Shown in pieces: positions 18,598 through 28,145 of a DNA stretch of 64,000 bases; within the stretch, counting starts at the first letter, position 1; each line of letters begins with the position of its first letter. This DNA is from a virus. The position numbers were made by a program, and so were the translations under genes. The notes under the pieces were generated by a model. It did not search any database and was not told the origin of the DNA. It worked only from the letters and a program-made list of their open reading frames with translations. The DNA lies in the IMG/VR virus record IMGVR_UViG_3300032829_000008, positions 2,579-66,578 of that record; one strand, given 5' to 3'.

Positions 18598-20256
18598 GTG
18601 AGGCACCCGCAGTACGAGCACCAGGCGCAGGATCTGGAGCGCAGCAGGGACGAGGCCGGCTGGGGATGGTGGTGGGAGATGGGATTGGGCAAGGCCAAGC
18701 AGTGCGTGGATACGGCCGAGTACCTGTTCCTTAAGGGCCGCATCGATGCTGTGCTGGTGCTGGCGCCCAACGGCGTGCACGCCAACTGGTGCGGCGTGGA
18801 GGTGCCCGAGCACGCCAGCGTGGAATGGCGGGGGCTGACCTGGTACACGGAGCGCGCCGACACCAAGCGGCAGCGCGAGGCCAGCGCCGACATCCTCCTG
18901 CGCAAGGAGCGGACGCAGTTGCGATGGCTGGCCATGAGCTACGACGCCATCAACACCGCGCACGGCATCAAGTTGGCGACCACGCTGCTCAAGAGCAGCC
19001 GCTGTCTGATCGCCGCGGACGAGAGCACGGCGATCAAGACCCCCAAGGCGCGCCGCAGCATGCGCGCTCTGGCGCTGGCCAAGATGGCGCCGTATCGCCG
19101 CGCCATGGATGGTACCGCCTGGACGGAGTCTCCGTTCGACATGTTCAACCAGGTGCGGTTCCTCTACAATGACTATTGGGACAGGATTGGCACCAGCACG
19201 TTCTTCGAGTTCAAGATGCGTTTCGGCGATCACGTGCTGGCCCGCGCCGGACAGGGCCACCAGTTCCAGAAGTTCATCCGGTACCGCGACCTGGACCGGC
19301 TGGGCGAGCATATCGCCAAGTGCAGCACGCGCTACTTGAAGAAGGATTGCCTGGACCTCCCCGAAAAGGTGTACAGCCGACTGGTGTTCGACATGACGCC
19401 GTACCAGCGCCGCCAGTACGATAATCTCAGGGACGAGTACGTGGCGCAGTTCGATAGCGGCGAGCGTTGCGAGGCGATGGAAGCTATGGTGCGCGCCACG
19501 CGACTGCAGCAGATCACGTGCGGCTACGTCGGTGTGGCCGCGCCCCAGTCGGTGCGCCCCGGTGATGAGGTGCTTGCCCTGGTGCCCACGCAGGCCGAGG
19601 ACGTGGAGGTGCTGGGCGTGCTGGAGCGCATGGAGGGCGACGTGGCCTACGTGCAGGGCACCAGCACTGAGAGTGAGACGTTCCCGGATGGGCGGCTGTG
19701 GCAGCTGCCCGCGGCGGAAGTGGAGGCGCGCTGCCGTCCCATCGGTAAGGCCCCCACGGTCATCAAGGAGATCGTCGAGCCCAAGGATAATCCGCGTCTG
19801 CAGCTGCTGCTGGCCACGCTGGAGAAAGCTGCAGCGGAGGGTGCCAAGACCATCGTGTGGTGCAGGTTCGTCCGCGACGTGGACATCATATGCGCCGCGT
19901 TGCCCGGGAAGCACGTGCGGTACGACGGCAGCGTGGGTACCCGCGAGCGCGCCGCGGCGCTGGTGGCGTTCCGCGAGTCGCCCGAATGCCCCGTGCTGGT
20001 GGCCAACGCGGCGGCCATCGCGCGCGGTGTCACGCTGGTGCAGGCCACGGTGGTGATTTACTACAGCAACAGCTTCAATATCATCCACAGGCTGCAGAGT
20101 GAGGACCGCGCACATCGCATCGGCCAGAAGAACGTGGTCCGCTATTACGATATCGTCGCGGCAGACAGCATCGACGAGCACATCAGCAAGGTACTGGCGC
20201 GCAAGCAGGACGTGGCAGGTCAGCTGGATGCTGCCACGCTCAGGGAGTGGCTATGA
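18598..20256 (+). CDS. SNF2-like (SF2) DNA helicase with inserted domain
   Basis: EMGLGKA (I), ADEST (II), ARGVTL (V), QSEDRAHRIGQ (VI). Confidence 0.9.
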   Translation: MRHPQYEHQAQDLERSRDEAGWGWWWEMGLGKAKQCVDTAEYLFLKGRIDAVLVLAPNGVHANWCGVEVPEHASVEWRGLTWYTERADTKRQREASADILLRKERTQLRWLAMSYDAINTAHGIKLATTLLKSSRCLIAADESTAIKTPKARRSMRALALAKMAPYRRAMDGTAWTESPFDMFNQVRFLYNDYWDRIGTSTFFEFKMRFGDHVLARAGQGHQFQKFIRYRDLDRLGEHIAKCSTRYLKKDCLDLPEKVYSRLVFDMTPYQRRQYDNLRDEYVAQFDSGERCEAMEAMVRATRLQQITCGYVGVAAPQSVRPGDEVLALVPTQAEDVEVLGVLERMEGDVAYVQGTSTESETFPDGRLWQLPAAEVEARCRPIGKAPTVIKEIVEPKDNPRLQLLLATLEKAAAEGAKTIVWCRFVRDVDIICAALPGKHVRYDGSVGTRERAAALVAFRESPECPVLVANAAAIARGVTLVQATVVIYYSNSFNIIHRLQSEDRAHRIGQKNVVRYYDIVAADSIDEHISKVLARKQDVAGQLDAATLREWL

Positions 20257-20468
20257 TTAAGCGACTGTGGTATCGCGTGCGGTGGTGGCGGCACGTCATC
20301 GCGCATTCCGTGAGGTGCGGACCGCACTTGGTCCGAGGGCACTGCAGCTGCGGGGGCACCGCACTGATAGAGCACTATCGGGGTCGTTACGCAGAGATCG
20401 TCGACGCCACGTGCCCCGCGGCGCTGGACTATGCGGCGAAGTTTGGCAGGAGATTGGCGCGGCCATGA
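20253..20468 (+). CDS. Hypothetical protein
   Basis: Start/stop overlaps on both sides. Confidence 0.45.
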   Translation: MIKRLWYRVRWWRHVIAHSVRCGPHLVRGHCSCGGTALIEHYRGRYAEIVDATCPAALDYAAKFGRRLARP

Positions 20469-20806
20469 GCGTGGTGTACGCCGTGCAGCGCAAGATCCGC
20501 TCCGACGGTAGCGACGAGTTCGACATGCGTCCGGCCCTGCGCTGGGGCGAGCTGCGCTACCTGCTGGGCCCCACCGCCAAACCGTGGGACCCAAGTGTCC
20601 TGGGCGAGCTGCGGTACAAGCTGGTCTCGTTTCGCTCGTTCGAGGATCACTTGTTGCTCGTCGGCAATCCGGTGCTCATCGGTCTGACGTGCGTGGTGGC
20701 CGCGCAGCGGGGCACGCGCCTGAGCATGCTACAATGGGATGGTGCGCGCCGCGAGTACCGGCAGGCGGTGTTCGGGAATAACGATTGGAGCAGCGCGTGG
20801 CGGTAG
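20465..20806 (+). CDS. Conserved phage hypothetical protein
   Basis: D.LLLVGNPVLIG...L.MLQWD motif recurrent beside phage helicases. Confidence 0.55.
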   Translation: MSVVYAVQRKIRSDGSDEFDMRPALRWGELRYLLGPTAKPWDPSVLGELRYKLVSFRSFEDHLLLVGNPVLIGLTCVVAAQRGTRLSMLQWDGARREYRQAVFGNNDWSSAWR

Positions 20807-21051
20807 ATGTCGGTAGTCGAGTCGCGTGGACCGGGTGGGAGCACTTCGGTACGCGAGCGGTGCGCTGCACCGGCGTGGTCGAGGTCGTCGGCTTGGGCGT
20901 GCCCCGCGCGTACCATTACAGCGCGGACGACGGCGAATTCCACGAGGTGCTTCCACGCAGGCGCGCGGCGCAGGTGAAGCGCGACAACTACGAGCTGCAC
21001 CCGTGCGAGAAACCCCTGGTCATTTCACTGGAAGACCTGGAAGAGTTGTAA
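20797..21051 (+). CDS. Hypothetical protein
   Basis: GTG after GGAG; fills gap. Confidence 0.4.
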   Translation: MAVDVGSRVAWTGWEHFGTRAVRCTGVVEVVGLGVPRAYHYSADDGEFHEVLPRRRAAQVKRDNYELHPCEKPLVISLEDLEEL

Positions 21052-21120
21052 GTCGCGCGGGGCCGTGCAATGGTTGCCACGTGGGTCAGCATTGTGCTGG
21101 CACCACAAAGGAGCGTGCGA

Positions 21121-21678
21121 ATGAGCGACTACGAGGAAGAGAAACCGAGCGAGCAGAAGCTGGTGCAGCTTCGCAACTTGGTGGCCCAACTGGCGCAGGC
21201 GGATGCCGAGGTGGAGTTCCTGGAGGAGCAGCTCAAGGCGGCTGCCGCCCGGGCGCGTCGCCTCCGTGAGAACGACGTCCCCGAGTTGATGGAGTCCGTG
21301 GGGCTCAAGGAGCTGAGCACCACGGATGACCTCCACGTGACGCTGCGCAAGGAGGTACGCGCCACGTGGCCCAAGGCGGGCACCTCCGCCCGGGCGGAGG
21401 CCGTCAAGTGGCTGGAGGCGCACAAGCACGGCGACTTGATCAAGCACATGGCCACCGTGCGGTTCGGGAAGACGCCCGAGGATCAAGAGCTGCATCAGAA
21501 ATACCTGGCGGTGCTGCGCAAGCACCTGCCCCGGGTGCACGCCCGTTTGGCGGAGGACGAGGTGGTGCATCCGCAGACGCTGTGCGCGTTCCTGCGCGAG
21601 CAGCTCGCGGAGGGCACCGCCACGGAGTTGATGGACATCGTCGGGGCGTTCGAGCAGAAGTACGCCCACATCAAGTGA
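21121..21678 (+). CDS. Conserved phage replication-module protein
   Basis: RBS AAGGAG; coiled coil, P.LM...G, WL...HGDLIK, VHPQTL.AF.RE motifs. Confidence 0.65.
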   Translation: MSDYEEEKPSEQKLVQLRNLVAQLAQADAEVEFLEEQLKAAAARARRLRENDVPELMESVGLKELSTTDDLHVTLRKEVRATWPKAGTSARAEAVKWLEAHKHGDLIKHMATVRFGKTPEDQELHQKYLAVLRKHLPRVHARLAEDEVVHPQTLCAFLREQLAEGTATELMDIVGAFEQKYAHIK

Positions 21679-21790
21679 CGGGGCCGGAGGCATCGCAGCC
21701 TGGCTGCGCACTAGCGCAGTCTCGGGGTCGCGCCCCGACTGGTCCACTGCCGCTGGCGAATCGCGTCAGCGAATAACAAGGAGCACGCGT

Positions 21791-22603
21791 ATGGCAAAGC
21801 ACGAGAAAGAGACTGCGATGACCAAGGCACCACCCGCTGCGGTGCAGACCTACGACTACGGTGATGATGCCGTGGAGCTGGGCAAGGGCCCCGCCAAGGG
21901 GTTCGAGAACCAGACCAACGCCGATGCGGCGATGCCGTTCCTCAAGATCGCGGAGTTCCTTACTCCGGAGGTCAAGGAGGGCAAGGCCAAGGCGGGGCAG
22001 ATCATCAACACCGTGACCGGCGAGGTATTGGACGAGGTGTTCCTCGTTATCGGCACCACGCGCCACAGCATCGCGCTGTTCACCCCGCGCGATAAGGGTG
22101 GTGGGTTCCAGGGCCAGCTGGAGATCGACGACCCCGCCTGGGCCAAGGCGCAGAAGGAGCAGAAGTTCGGCGAGTACGTGGACGCCAACGGTAGCGAGAT
22201 GGTGGAGACGTTCTACACGTTCGGTGTGGAGGTCGATGGCGAGACTCTGGCGGTCAAGTCGCCCGTGATGCGCGCGCACAACAGCACGCATATCAAGGTC
22301 TATAAGAACTGGATCAGCCAGATCCGCAGCTACACCCAGGACGTGGGTGGTCGCAAGGTGTGCCCGCCGCTGTACGCGCACCTGGTGAAGATGACCACCA
22401 AGCTGGTGGAGAAGAAGGGCAACAGCTGGCACATCCCGGTGTACACCCCAGCCAACGGCACGATTCCCAACAGCATGATCCCGCAGACCTCGGAGGCGTA
22501 TCGCGCTGCCAAGGTGTGCGGCATGCTGGTGGATAGCGGCCAAGCCAAGGTGGACTACGGGCAGCAGGAGCGAACTGCCGCTCCGACGACCGACGTGTTC
22601 TAG
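21791..22603 (+). CDS. Putative single-stranded DNA-binding protein
   Basis: GFEN, PFLKI...TPEV, G.IINTVTGE; C-terminal tail ending DVF; strong RBS. Confidence 0.5.
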   Translation: MAKHEKETAMTKAPPAAVQTYDYGDDAVELGKGPAKGFENQTNADAAMPFLKIAEFLTPEVKEGKAKAGQIINTVTGEVLDEVFLVIGTTRHSIALFTPRDKGGGFQGQLEIDDPAWAKAQKEQKFGEYVDANGSEMVETFYTFGVEVDGETLAVKSPVMRAHNSTHIKVYKNWISQIRSYTQDVGGRKVCPPLYAHLVKMTTKLVEKKGNSWHIPVYTPANGTIPNSMIPQTSEAYRAAKVCGMLVDSGQAKVDYGQQERTAAPTTDVF

Positions 22604-22605
22604 TA

Positions 22606-22634
22606 ACAGCCCTCGAGGCAAACTCGAGGGCTGT
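22606..22634 (+). terminator. Stem-loop (terminator or transcript stabiliser)
   Basis: ACAGCCCTCGAG-GCAAA-CTCGAGGGCTGT, 12-bp perfect stem just after stop; no U-tract. Confidence 0.6.
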
Positions 22635-22643
22635 GCCGAGGAC

Positions 22644-23036
22644 ATGTTCAAGACCGCGTATCACAACAGTCACCCGCTGTGGCGGGGAATCGAACTGCGC
22701 CTGCACGGTGAGTACGATGGCGCCGAACTGCGCGAGCGGTTCCTATACTTGGCTTCAATGCTGATGCAGGGCGCCGTGCTGGTGCCGCACATCGAAGTGG
22801 ATGTCGATGTGGTACGTGTGCCCGGGGCGCCTGGAATGATAAATGTGGAGCGCGGCCAGGTGAGCTGCTGGCGCGTCATCATGGTGATGCCGTCAGAGAT
22901 CAAGACGTACGTGCCAGGTGCCCAGGATCTGCAGGACAAGTACGAGACTGCGGAGCGCCTGGCGGTATACTGGATGGAGCAGGCGCAGGCGTACAAGCAG
23001 CAGATCGAAGGGCAGGCCAGAAAGGCGGGAATATGA
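22644..23036 (+). CDS. Hypothetical protein
   Basis: RBS GAGGA, overlap with next gene. Confidence 0.5.
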   Translation: MFKTAYHNSHPLWRGIELRLHGEYDGAELRERFLYLASMLMQGAVLVPHIEVDVDVVRVPGAPGMINVERGQVSCWRVIMVMPSEIKTYVPGAQDLQDKYETAERLAVYWMEQAQAYKQQIEGQARKAGI

Positions 23037-23413
23037 CGAGCCAATTCGAAGCGCTGGACCAGGTGATGACTGAATACGAGCGCAGTTCGGGCAGGGACCC
23101 GCGCGCTGGTCACACGCTGGTGGTGCATCCGTGGCGCGCTATCGCCATGCTGGCGGAGCTGACCATGGCACCGCCCGATTACTTGGTGGCCGCCGTCACC
23201 CGGGGTTCAGGGGACGATGCCATCCTCAACTGGCGCGGGGTGCCGGTGCGCATGCGCGAGGCCGTGGATCCAAACGCATGCTCCGTGTTCGAGGACGCCA
23301 ATCTCCCGCGCCGCACCTGCTGCGATAAGTTCTCTGAGGGCATGATCACGGCATGGCTGCACGCGCAGACACAGCTGCGACGTGAACTTCGCGCGGCCGA
23401 GGGGAGCAACTGA
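23033..23413 (+). CDS. Hypothetical protein
   Basis: Start/stop overlaps. Confidence 0.5.
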   Translation: MTSQFEALDQVMTEYERSSGRDPRAGHTLVVHPWRAIAMLAELTMAPPDYLVAAVTRGSGDDAILNWRGVPVRMREAVDPNACSVFEDANLPRRTCCDKFSEGMITAWLHAQTQLRRELRAAEGSN

Positions 23414-24639
23414 TGGAGTGGAGCGCAACGCAGGCACGGGTGCTGAAGGAAGTCGACGATTGGCTGCACGGTCATGGGGAGCAGGTCAAGCGTCTATTCG
23501 GCTTTGCCGGCACTGGCAAGACCACGCTGGCCAAGCACCTGGCGGCAAACGTCAAGGGCGAGGTCCTATACGGCGCGTTCACCGGGAAGGCCGCCTATGT
23601 CATGCGGCAAAAAGGCTGCATCGGGGCGCGCACGCTGCATAGCATGGTGTATCGCCCCGCCGGCGACGGCAAGAGCGCCGAGCTGGCGCTGGAGGAGCAG
23701 ATTGACAAGCTGGAGGCCGAGCCAGACGCGCACGAGCGTCTGGCGACGCTGCGTCGCCAGTTGCAGGAGCTGCGCGAGCAAAACCGCCGTCCGCGGTTCG
23801 CGCTGTGGGCGGAGAGCCCATTGCGCAATGCCGCGCTGCTGGTGGTGGACGAGTGCTCCATGGTGGACGGCGACCTGGGCCGGGACCTGGAGTCGTTCGG
23901 CGTGAAAATTCTCGTGCTGGGTGATCCGGCGCAGCTGCCACCGGTGGCGGCGGGCGGTTATTTCACCAGCCGCGAGCCGGACTGGATGCTGACCGAGGTG
24001 CACCGCCAGGCGCGCGAGAGTGGCATCCTGCGCCTGGCCACGGACGTGCGCGAGACGGGCGGCTACAGCCGACAGCCCGGGGCCTACGGCGCGGACTGCG
24101 AAGTGCTGACCAGGGCAGCACTCGGTGACGCCCTCCAGCGCCGCGTCCTCGACGCCGACCAGGTGCTGGTCGGTCGCAACGCCACGCGCCATGGCGCCAA
24201 CGCCCGCCACCGCGCGCTGCGCGGCATCACCAGCCCATTCCCCGTCCCGGGCGATAAGGTCGTGTGCCTGCGCAACAACCGCGAGCTGGGCCTACTCAAC
24301 GGTGGGCTGTGGCGCGTACACGAATCCGTCGCCGACGAGCAGGCGCTGGTGGTGGACATGACCGTGAGCAGCGAGGAGGATGGCGCCAGCGGCGTGAGCG
24401 TGGTGTGCCACGCGCATCACTTCCTGGGTAAGGAAGAGGAGCTGCGGAAGATGGGATGGCGTCGCCGCGACGCCGAGGAGTTCGATTACGGCTGCGCACT
24501 GACGGTACACAAGGCCCAGGGCAGCCAGTGGGACGACGTGGTGCTGTTCGACGAGTCGGGCGCGTTTCGCGCAGACGCCCGACGGTGGCTGTACACTGGC
24601 GTGACGCGCGCGGCGCAGCGCCTGCTGGTGGTGCCGTGA
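23413..24639 (+). CDS. RecD/Dda-like SF1B helicase
   Basis: GFAGTGKTT, DECSMV, LGDPAQLPPV, TVHKAQGSQW, YTGVTRA. Confidence 0.92.
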   Translation: MEWSATQARVLKEVDDWLHGHGEQVKRLFGFAGTGKTTLAKHLAANVKGEVLYGAFTGKAAYVMRQKGCIGARTLHSMVYRPAGDGKSAELALEEQIDKLEAEPDAHERLATLRRQLQELREQNRRPRFALWAESPLRNAALLVVDECSMVDGDLGRDLESFGVKILVLGDPAQLPPVAAGGYFTSREPDWMLTEVHRQARESGILRLATDVRETGGYSRQPGAYGADCEVLTRAALGDALQRRVLDADQVLVGRNATRHGANARHRALRGITSPFPVPGDKVVCLRNNRELGLLNGGLWRVHESVADEQALVVDMTVSSEEDGASGVSVVCHAHHFLGKEEELRKMGWRRRDAEEFDYGCALTVHKAQGSQWDDVVLFDESGAFRADARRWLYTGVTRAAQRLLVVP

Positions 24640-24818
24640 AGACCATACGCATTACTAAGAAGATGTTCGAACTGGGTTGGTTCCAGTACCAACCCGGTAA
24701 GGTTCCCAACCTTGTTAGGCGTGATTACGTGTTGGTGCGCACCGAGGGTGAATACTACGTAGTGGAATGGCCGCCGGAGACGCAGGGACCATCGCTTCCA
24801 CTACCTGAGGTCAAATGA
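24636..24818 (+). CDS. Hypothetical protein
   Basis: Overlapping start/stop; AT-richer codons. Confidence 0.45.
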   Translation: MKTIRITKKMFELGWFQYQPGKVPNLVRRDYVLVRTEGEYYVVEWPPETQGPSLPLPEVK

Positions 24819-25093
24819 CCGACGAGCGCCACCTGGACCCGCACCTCGCCGAGTGCGAGTGCGAGGAGGAACACAGCGTGACCAAGCTCGGCCACAGCCG
24901 GGACTGCCCGCACCACGGCAAGCACCCGCCGCAGATGCCCGTATGCCCGCTGAAGCCGGGTTGCCCGCCGGAGCACCTGGACGGCACGCCGCACGACTTC
25001 GAGTGGGCCACGTACGTCAGTGGCACGATCAGCACCGGCGTGTGCCGCTGCGGTCTGGAGCAGTGGAGCTACGACATGTGGAGGATGCCATGA
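24815..25093 (+). CDS. Small Cys/His-rich hypothetical protein
   Basis: Overlapping start/stop; CEC, CPHH, CRCG motifs. Confidence 0.5.
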   Translation: MTDERHLDPHLAECECEEEHSVTKLGHSRDCPHHGKHPPQMPVCPLKPGCPPEHLDGTPHDFEWATYVSGTISTGVCRCGLEQWSYDMWRMP

Positions 25094-25248
25094 GGGTGCA
25101 CGAGCTGATACGCAGGCTGCAGGAGCTGGTCGACGAGGGGTACGACAATGCCAAGATCCAATTGGCCGATGGGCTCAACTACGCGGCGCTCTCTAAGAAG
25201 GTGCGCGTGGAGGGCAAGTACGTGGTGCTGGAAAGGAGCTACCGATGA
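25090..25248 (+). CDS. Hypothetical protein
   Basis: M.V.ELI..LQ start typical of small phage proteins. Confidence 0.5.
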   Translation: MRVHELIRRLQELVDEGYDNAKIQLADGLNYAALSKKVRVEGKYVVLERSYR

Positions 25249-25442
25249 AGTTGACACCTAGTCTATTGGAAGCGGTGTGGGCCGCGACATACGTGCGCGT
25301 GCTTAGTGCGATACCGTGCTCGTCAACTGGGTTGATTCACGAGCTGGCCGAAGTACTCGGTGATCCAACGCAGGCCCGCGTGCACCACGCGCAGCGCGCC
25401 GCCAACCGAGCAGTGGACGCACTGCAGGAGATGTTCGAGTGA
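25245..25442 (+). CDS. Hypothetical protein
   Basis: RBS AAGGAG, overlaps. Confidence 0.45.
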   Translation: MKLTPSLLEAVWAATYVRVLSAIPCSSTGLIHELAEVLGDPTQARVHHAQRAANRAVDALQEMFE

Positions 25443-26368
25443 AGCTCGCAATCAAGTTCTGGGAGTTCATCCGCGAGCGCGAGGCCATCCGCCTGCGCCG
25501 CGCCGCCGGTCAGCCCGCGCCGTGGACGGAGGATAAGATCCTCCGCGCGTACAAGTTCACCAACGTCAAGCGCGAGCATGATCGCACCAGCGTTGCGCTC
25601 AAGGCGATATACGATCAGCACGTGTTGCGGGCCAGCGACAGAGTGGTGTGGCTCAACTGCGCGCTGTATAGGCTGTTCGGCACCGCGGAAATGGCTGCAG
25701 CTCTGGGCTGGGTCAGGGCGTGGGGTGACGAGTCACACCGCAGGTCGCAAGTGCTCAGGTTGGCAGCCACACGCCTGGCCACGGGGCAGCGAGTGTTCAC
25801 TGGCGCGTACATTGTTCCTAACTGCGGTCGCACACGCCCCAAGCATGAGGTGGTGTGTAGTATTGTGGATGGAGTATGGAAGGCAGCACCAGAGCTGTGT
25901 GACCGTGCCATGGACCGTTGGGAACTGGCGGTAGGCGTGCTCACGCAGCTGTGGGGCATCGGCAGCTTCATCGCCAAAGAGATCGTCCTGGATTACGTCA
26001 TGGCCACCGGCTGGCGTCCCAGCGACTGGCAGACCTGGACGCCCATTGGTCCCGGAGCGCGGCGCGGTGCCATGCGGGTGCTGGACGGTAAGCTGATCCA
26101 TCCACACGGTTTGAGCGAGCACTACGCGCTGAAGGTGTGCCGCGAGTTGTACACGCAGCGTCGTGATCAGTGGGAGGACTGGTGGTCCACTGCGAATCAC
26201 GCCGCGGTGTTCAGCGACGAGGTGCGACGTAGTCGGAACTACAACCAACTGCCACCCCACAGCCACCTGGACCTGACCGACATCCAATTCCAGCTGTGCG
26301 AGTTCGACAAGTACCAGCGCGCCCTGCGCGGCGAGGGCCGACCTCGCAGCCGGTTTACACCGACGTAA
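25439..26368 (+). CDS. aGPT-Pplase clade 1 amino acid/amine:DNA transferase (thymidine hypermodification)
   Basis: ERE.IR.RR..G.P.PWT.D.IL..YKFTNV.RE.DR, FTGAY, GPGA.RG, LCEFDKY signatures. Confidence 0.88.
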   Translation: MKLAIKFWEFIREREAIRLRRAAGQPAPWTEDKILRAYKFTNVKREHDRTSVALKAIYDQHVLRASDRVVWLNCALYRLFGTAEMAAALGWVRAWGDESHRRSQVLRLAATRLATGQRVFTGAYIVPNCGRTRPKHEVVCSIVDGVWKAAPELCDRAMDRWELAVGVLTQLWGIGSFIAKEIVLDYVMATGWRPSDWQTWTPIGPGARRGAMRVLDGKLIHPHGLSEHYALKVCRELYTQRRDQWEDWWSTANHAAVFSDEVRRSRNYNQLPPHSHLDLTDIQFQLCEFDKYQRALRGEGRPRSRFTPT

Positions 26369-26420
26369 ACGAGCGTGCACACCCGCTCGCCAAGTGACCG
26401 GAAGGACATTTCCCTTGCGT

Positions 26421-26436
26421 TGGCCCGCGGGGTGCA
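26421..26436 (+). promoter_or_regulatory. sigma54-type promoter P1 (also fits sigma70 TTGCGT-17-TACGTT)
   Basis: TGGCCC-GCGGG-GTGCA; GTTTAC/GTAAAC at 26353/26365; ATG 15 nt after the C. Confidence 0.65.
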
Positions 26437-26449
26437 CTACGTTTGGGGC

Positions 26450-27550
26450 ATGACGAAGCAGCCTCCCGCCCTCCCCGTTATCGCGCCGGACGAGTATCTG
26501 TTCCCGACCGTGCAGCAGCGCGCCGACCTGCTGGACTGGATGCAGTACCGCCGCACGGTGTACCTGTGGCCCGACAGCAGCATGGGGCACGTGGCCATCA
26601 GCGAGCGCCTGAACAACTACACGGTGGAGCATGCCACCAAGCGCCCGAGCGCCGAATTCGCGCAGAAGGTGCTGCACCCTCAGACGTACCCCGCGGGGAG
26701 CGGGTGCCGTGGGAGGCGCTACTACTGGGTGTACGATACGGACTACCCGTGCAACGGTTGCCCGGACTGCCACAATTGGTGCGCGGGGTTCCACATCGGC
26801 GCATTCGTGTGGGCTGCCGCCGTTGGCGGCGAGCATCGCGAGATTGCCGGTGCCGTTGCCGCCTACCAGTGCCTGGCCGCGGTGGGCGCCGTGTTTGCCC
26901 GCCTGCAGGAGTGTCTGGCTCGCATTGGGCGGTTCTTCGAGCGCGCGGAGCAGCGCTGGGAGGAGCTGCGCAAGGGCTGCCTCTACCGCGTGCAGGGACG
27001 CCGCGGCAATGCCAAAAACCACAACGGCGCGGTGGGCGAGTGCTGCTGGATTGGGCAGGACGATTGGGGGCGGCCCCGCGCGGGGCTGCGCTTCCCGGGC
27101 CAGGAGAAGCTGGCGTACTTCGGTACCGGCAGCCTTGTCCGCGTTCCGACTCCGCCGCACGTGCTGGCGCAGCAGGAGCTGGATGCTCGCGAGCGCGCCG
27201 CTGCCAAGTTGGCGCAGCAGGCGGCCAAGGAGAAACTCGCAGCAGCGCCCCGCTACTCCGGTGGGCGCGATGGCACCGCGTACGTACTGCGCGGCGAGCA
27301 CCGCGGTCAGTTCGGGAAGGTGTTCTGGATTGGTGAGGACAAGCGCCGCGGTGGCGTGCGGCTGGGCATTCGCCCGGGCGTGGTGAAGGGTACCAGAGGT
27401 GCCGGCAAGCGTCAGTCCAACGTGGAGCCCATTTGGGCCAACGCGGCCGATTGCTGCGACCAGAATGATGAGGTGGGCATGGTGGCGTGGGACGCCCTGC
27501 AGCGCGGCGATGAGGCCGCGCTGAACGAGGTGCTGGAGGCCAGAGTCTAA
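26450..27550 (+). CDS. Hypothetical protein with two SH3/KOW-like repeats
   Basis: Repeated G.C/VFWIG.D...R.G.R motif; no SD before ATGACGA. Confidence 0.55.
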   Translation: MTKQPPALPVIAPDEYLFPTVQQRADLLDWMQYRRTVYLWPDSSMGHVAISERLNNYTVEHATKRPSAEFAQKVLHPQTYPAGSGCRGRRYYWVYDTDYPCNGCPDCHNWCAGFHIGAFVWAAAVGGEHREIAGAVAAYQCLAAVGAVFARLQECLARIGRFFERAEQRWEELRKGCLYRVQGRRGNAKNHNGAVGECCWIGQDDWGRPRAGLRFPGQEKLAYFGTGSLVRVPTPPHVLAQQELDARERAAAKLAQQAAKEKLAAAPRYSGGRDGTAYVLRGEHRGQFGKVFWIGEDKRRGGVRLGIRPGVVKGTRGAGKRQSNVEPIWANAADCCDQNDEVGMVAWDALQRGDEAALNEVLEARV

Positions 27551-27590
27551 CGCGCTCGGGTCGGGTGGCCCGGCGCATGAAAGGAGCAGT

Positions 27591-28109
27591 ATGGTGATGA
27601 CAGCACAGCAGAACTACAGTCGGCGCGAGGGCATCAAGGCCCAGGCGGCAGCTCGCCGCGCCAAGAAGGAGGGCCCCGTGGCCAAGGAGCTGATGGCCGC
27701 TGCTTGGGCGGCCCTGGTGAAGATGGTGGCCGACGATGGCTTGGACGATCAGCCAGCGCACGAGTTGTGGGACGTGGTGCCCTGGTGCGGCAAGCTACTG
27801 GCCCTGCCCCGTGACCCGGCCATGGCCGACGACTGCCACATGGAGTGGTCCGCGGAGGGCTGGCTGCTGGTGGAGGGGGCCGCACCCGTGCGCTGCCACG
27901 ACGAGCAGTGGTGCCTGTGGTGGGAGCGGGTGTGCCGCACCGCGGCCCGCTACGGCGTGGACGTGCGCGACAAGGTGCCGCCCGAGGGTGCCCTACTGGC
28001 CTGGGAAAAGGGCCGCAGCGGCCTGTGGTACGCGCTCAACCAGCTGGAGGACCAGCTGGGGCTGCCGCACAAGGTGCGGCAGTGGTCCGACATCAAGTGG
28101 GACGACTGA
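27591..28109 (+). CDS. Hypothetical protein
   Basis: RBS AAAGGAG. Confidence 0.55.
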   Translation: MVMTAQQNYSRREGIKAQAAARRAKKEGPVAKELMAAAWAALVKMVADDGLDDQPAHELWDVVPWCGKLLALPRDPAMADDCHMEWSAEGWLLVEGAAPVRCHDEQWCLWWERVCRTAARYGVDVRDKVPPEGALLAWEKGRSGLWYALNQLEDQLGLPHKVRQWSDIKWDD

Positions 28110-28145
28110 TAACGGGCGGCCACACGGTGTGGCCGCCCGTTATCA
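28107..28145. repeat. Perfect 19-bp inverted repeat with 1-nt spacer
   Basis: TGATAACGGGCGGCCACAC-G-GTGTGGCCGCCCGTTATCA. Confidence 0.9.

Noticed and set aside
19528-19775. Possible intein in the SNF2 helicase
   Set aside because: No N-terminal Cys block or C-terminal His-Asn; too short
23569-23595. YGAFTGKAA resembling the bEBP GAFTGA sigma54-contact loop
   Set aside because: It is the normal motif Ia (AFTGKAA) of RecD-like helicases; no AAA+ bEBP context
27566-27581. Ninth sigma54-like site TGGCCC-GGCGC-ATGAA
   Set aside because: -12 element is GA, not GC; no GTWWAC boxes upstream; downstream gene has a normal SD
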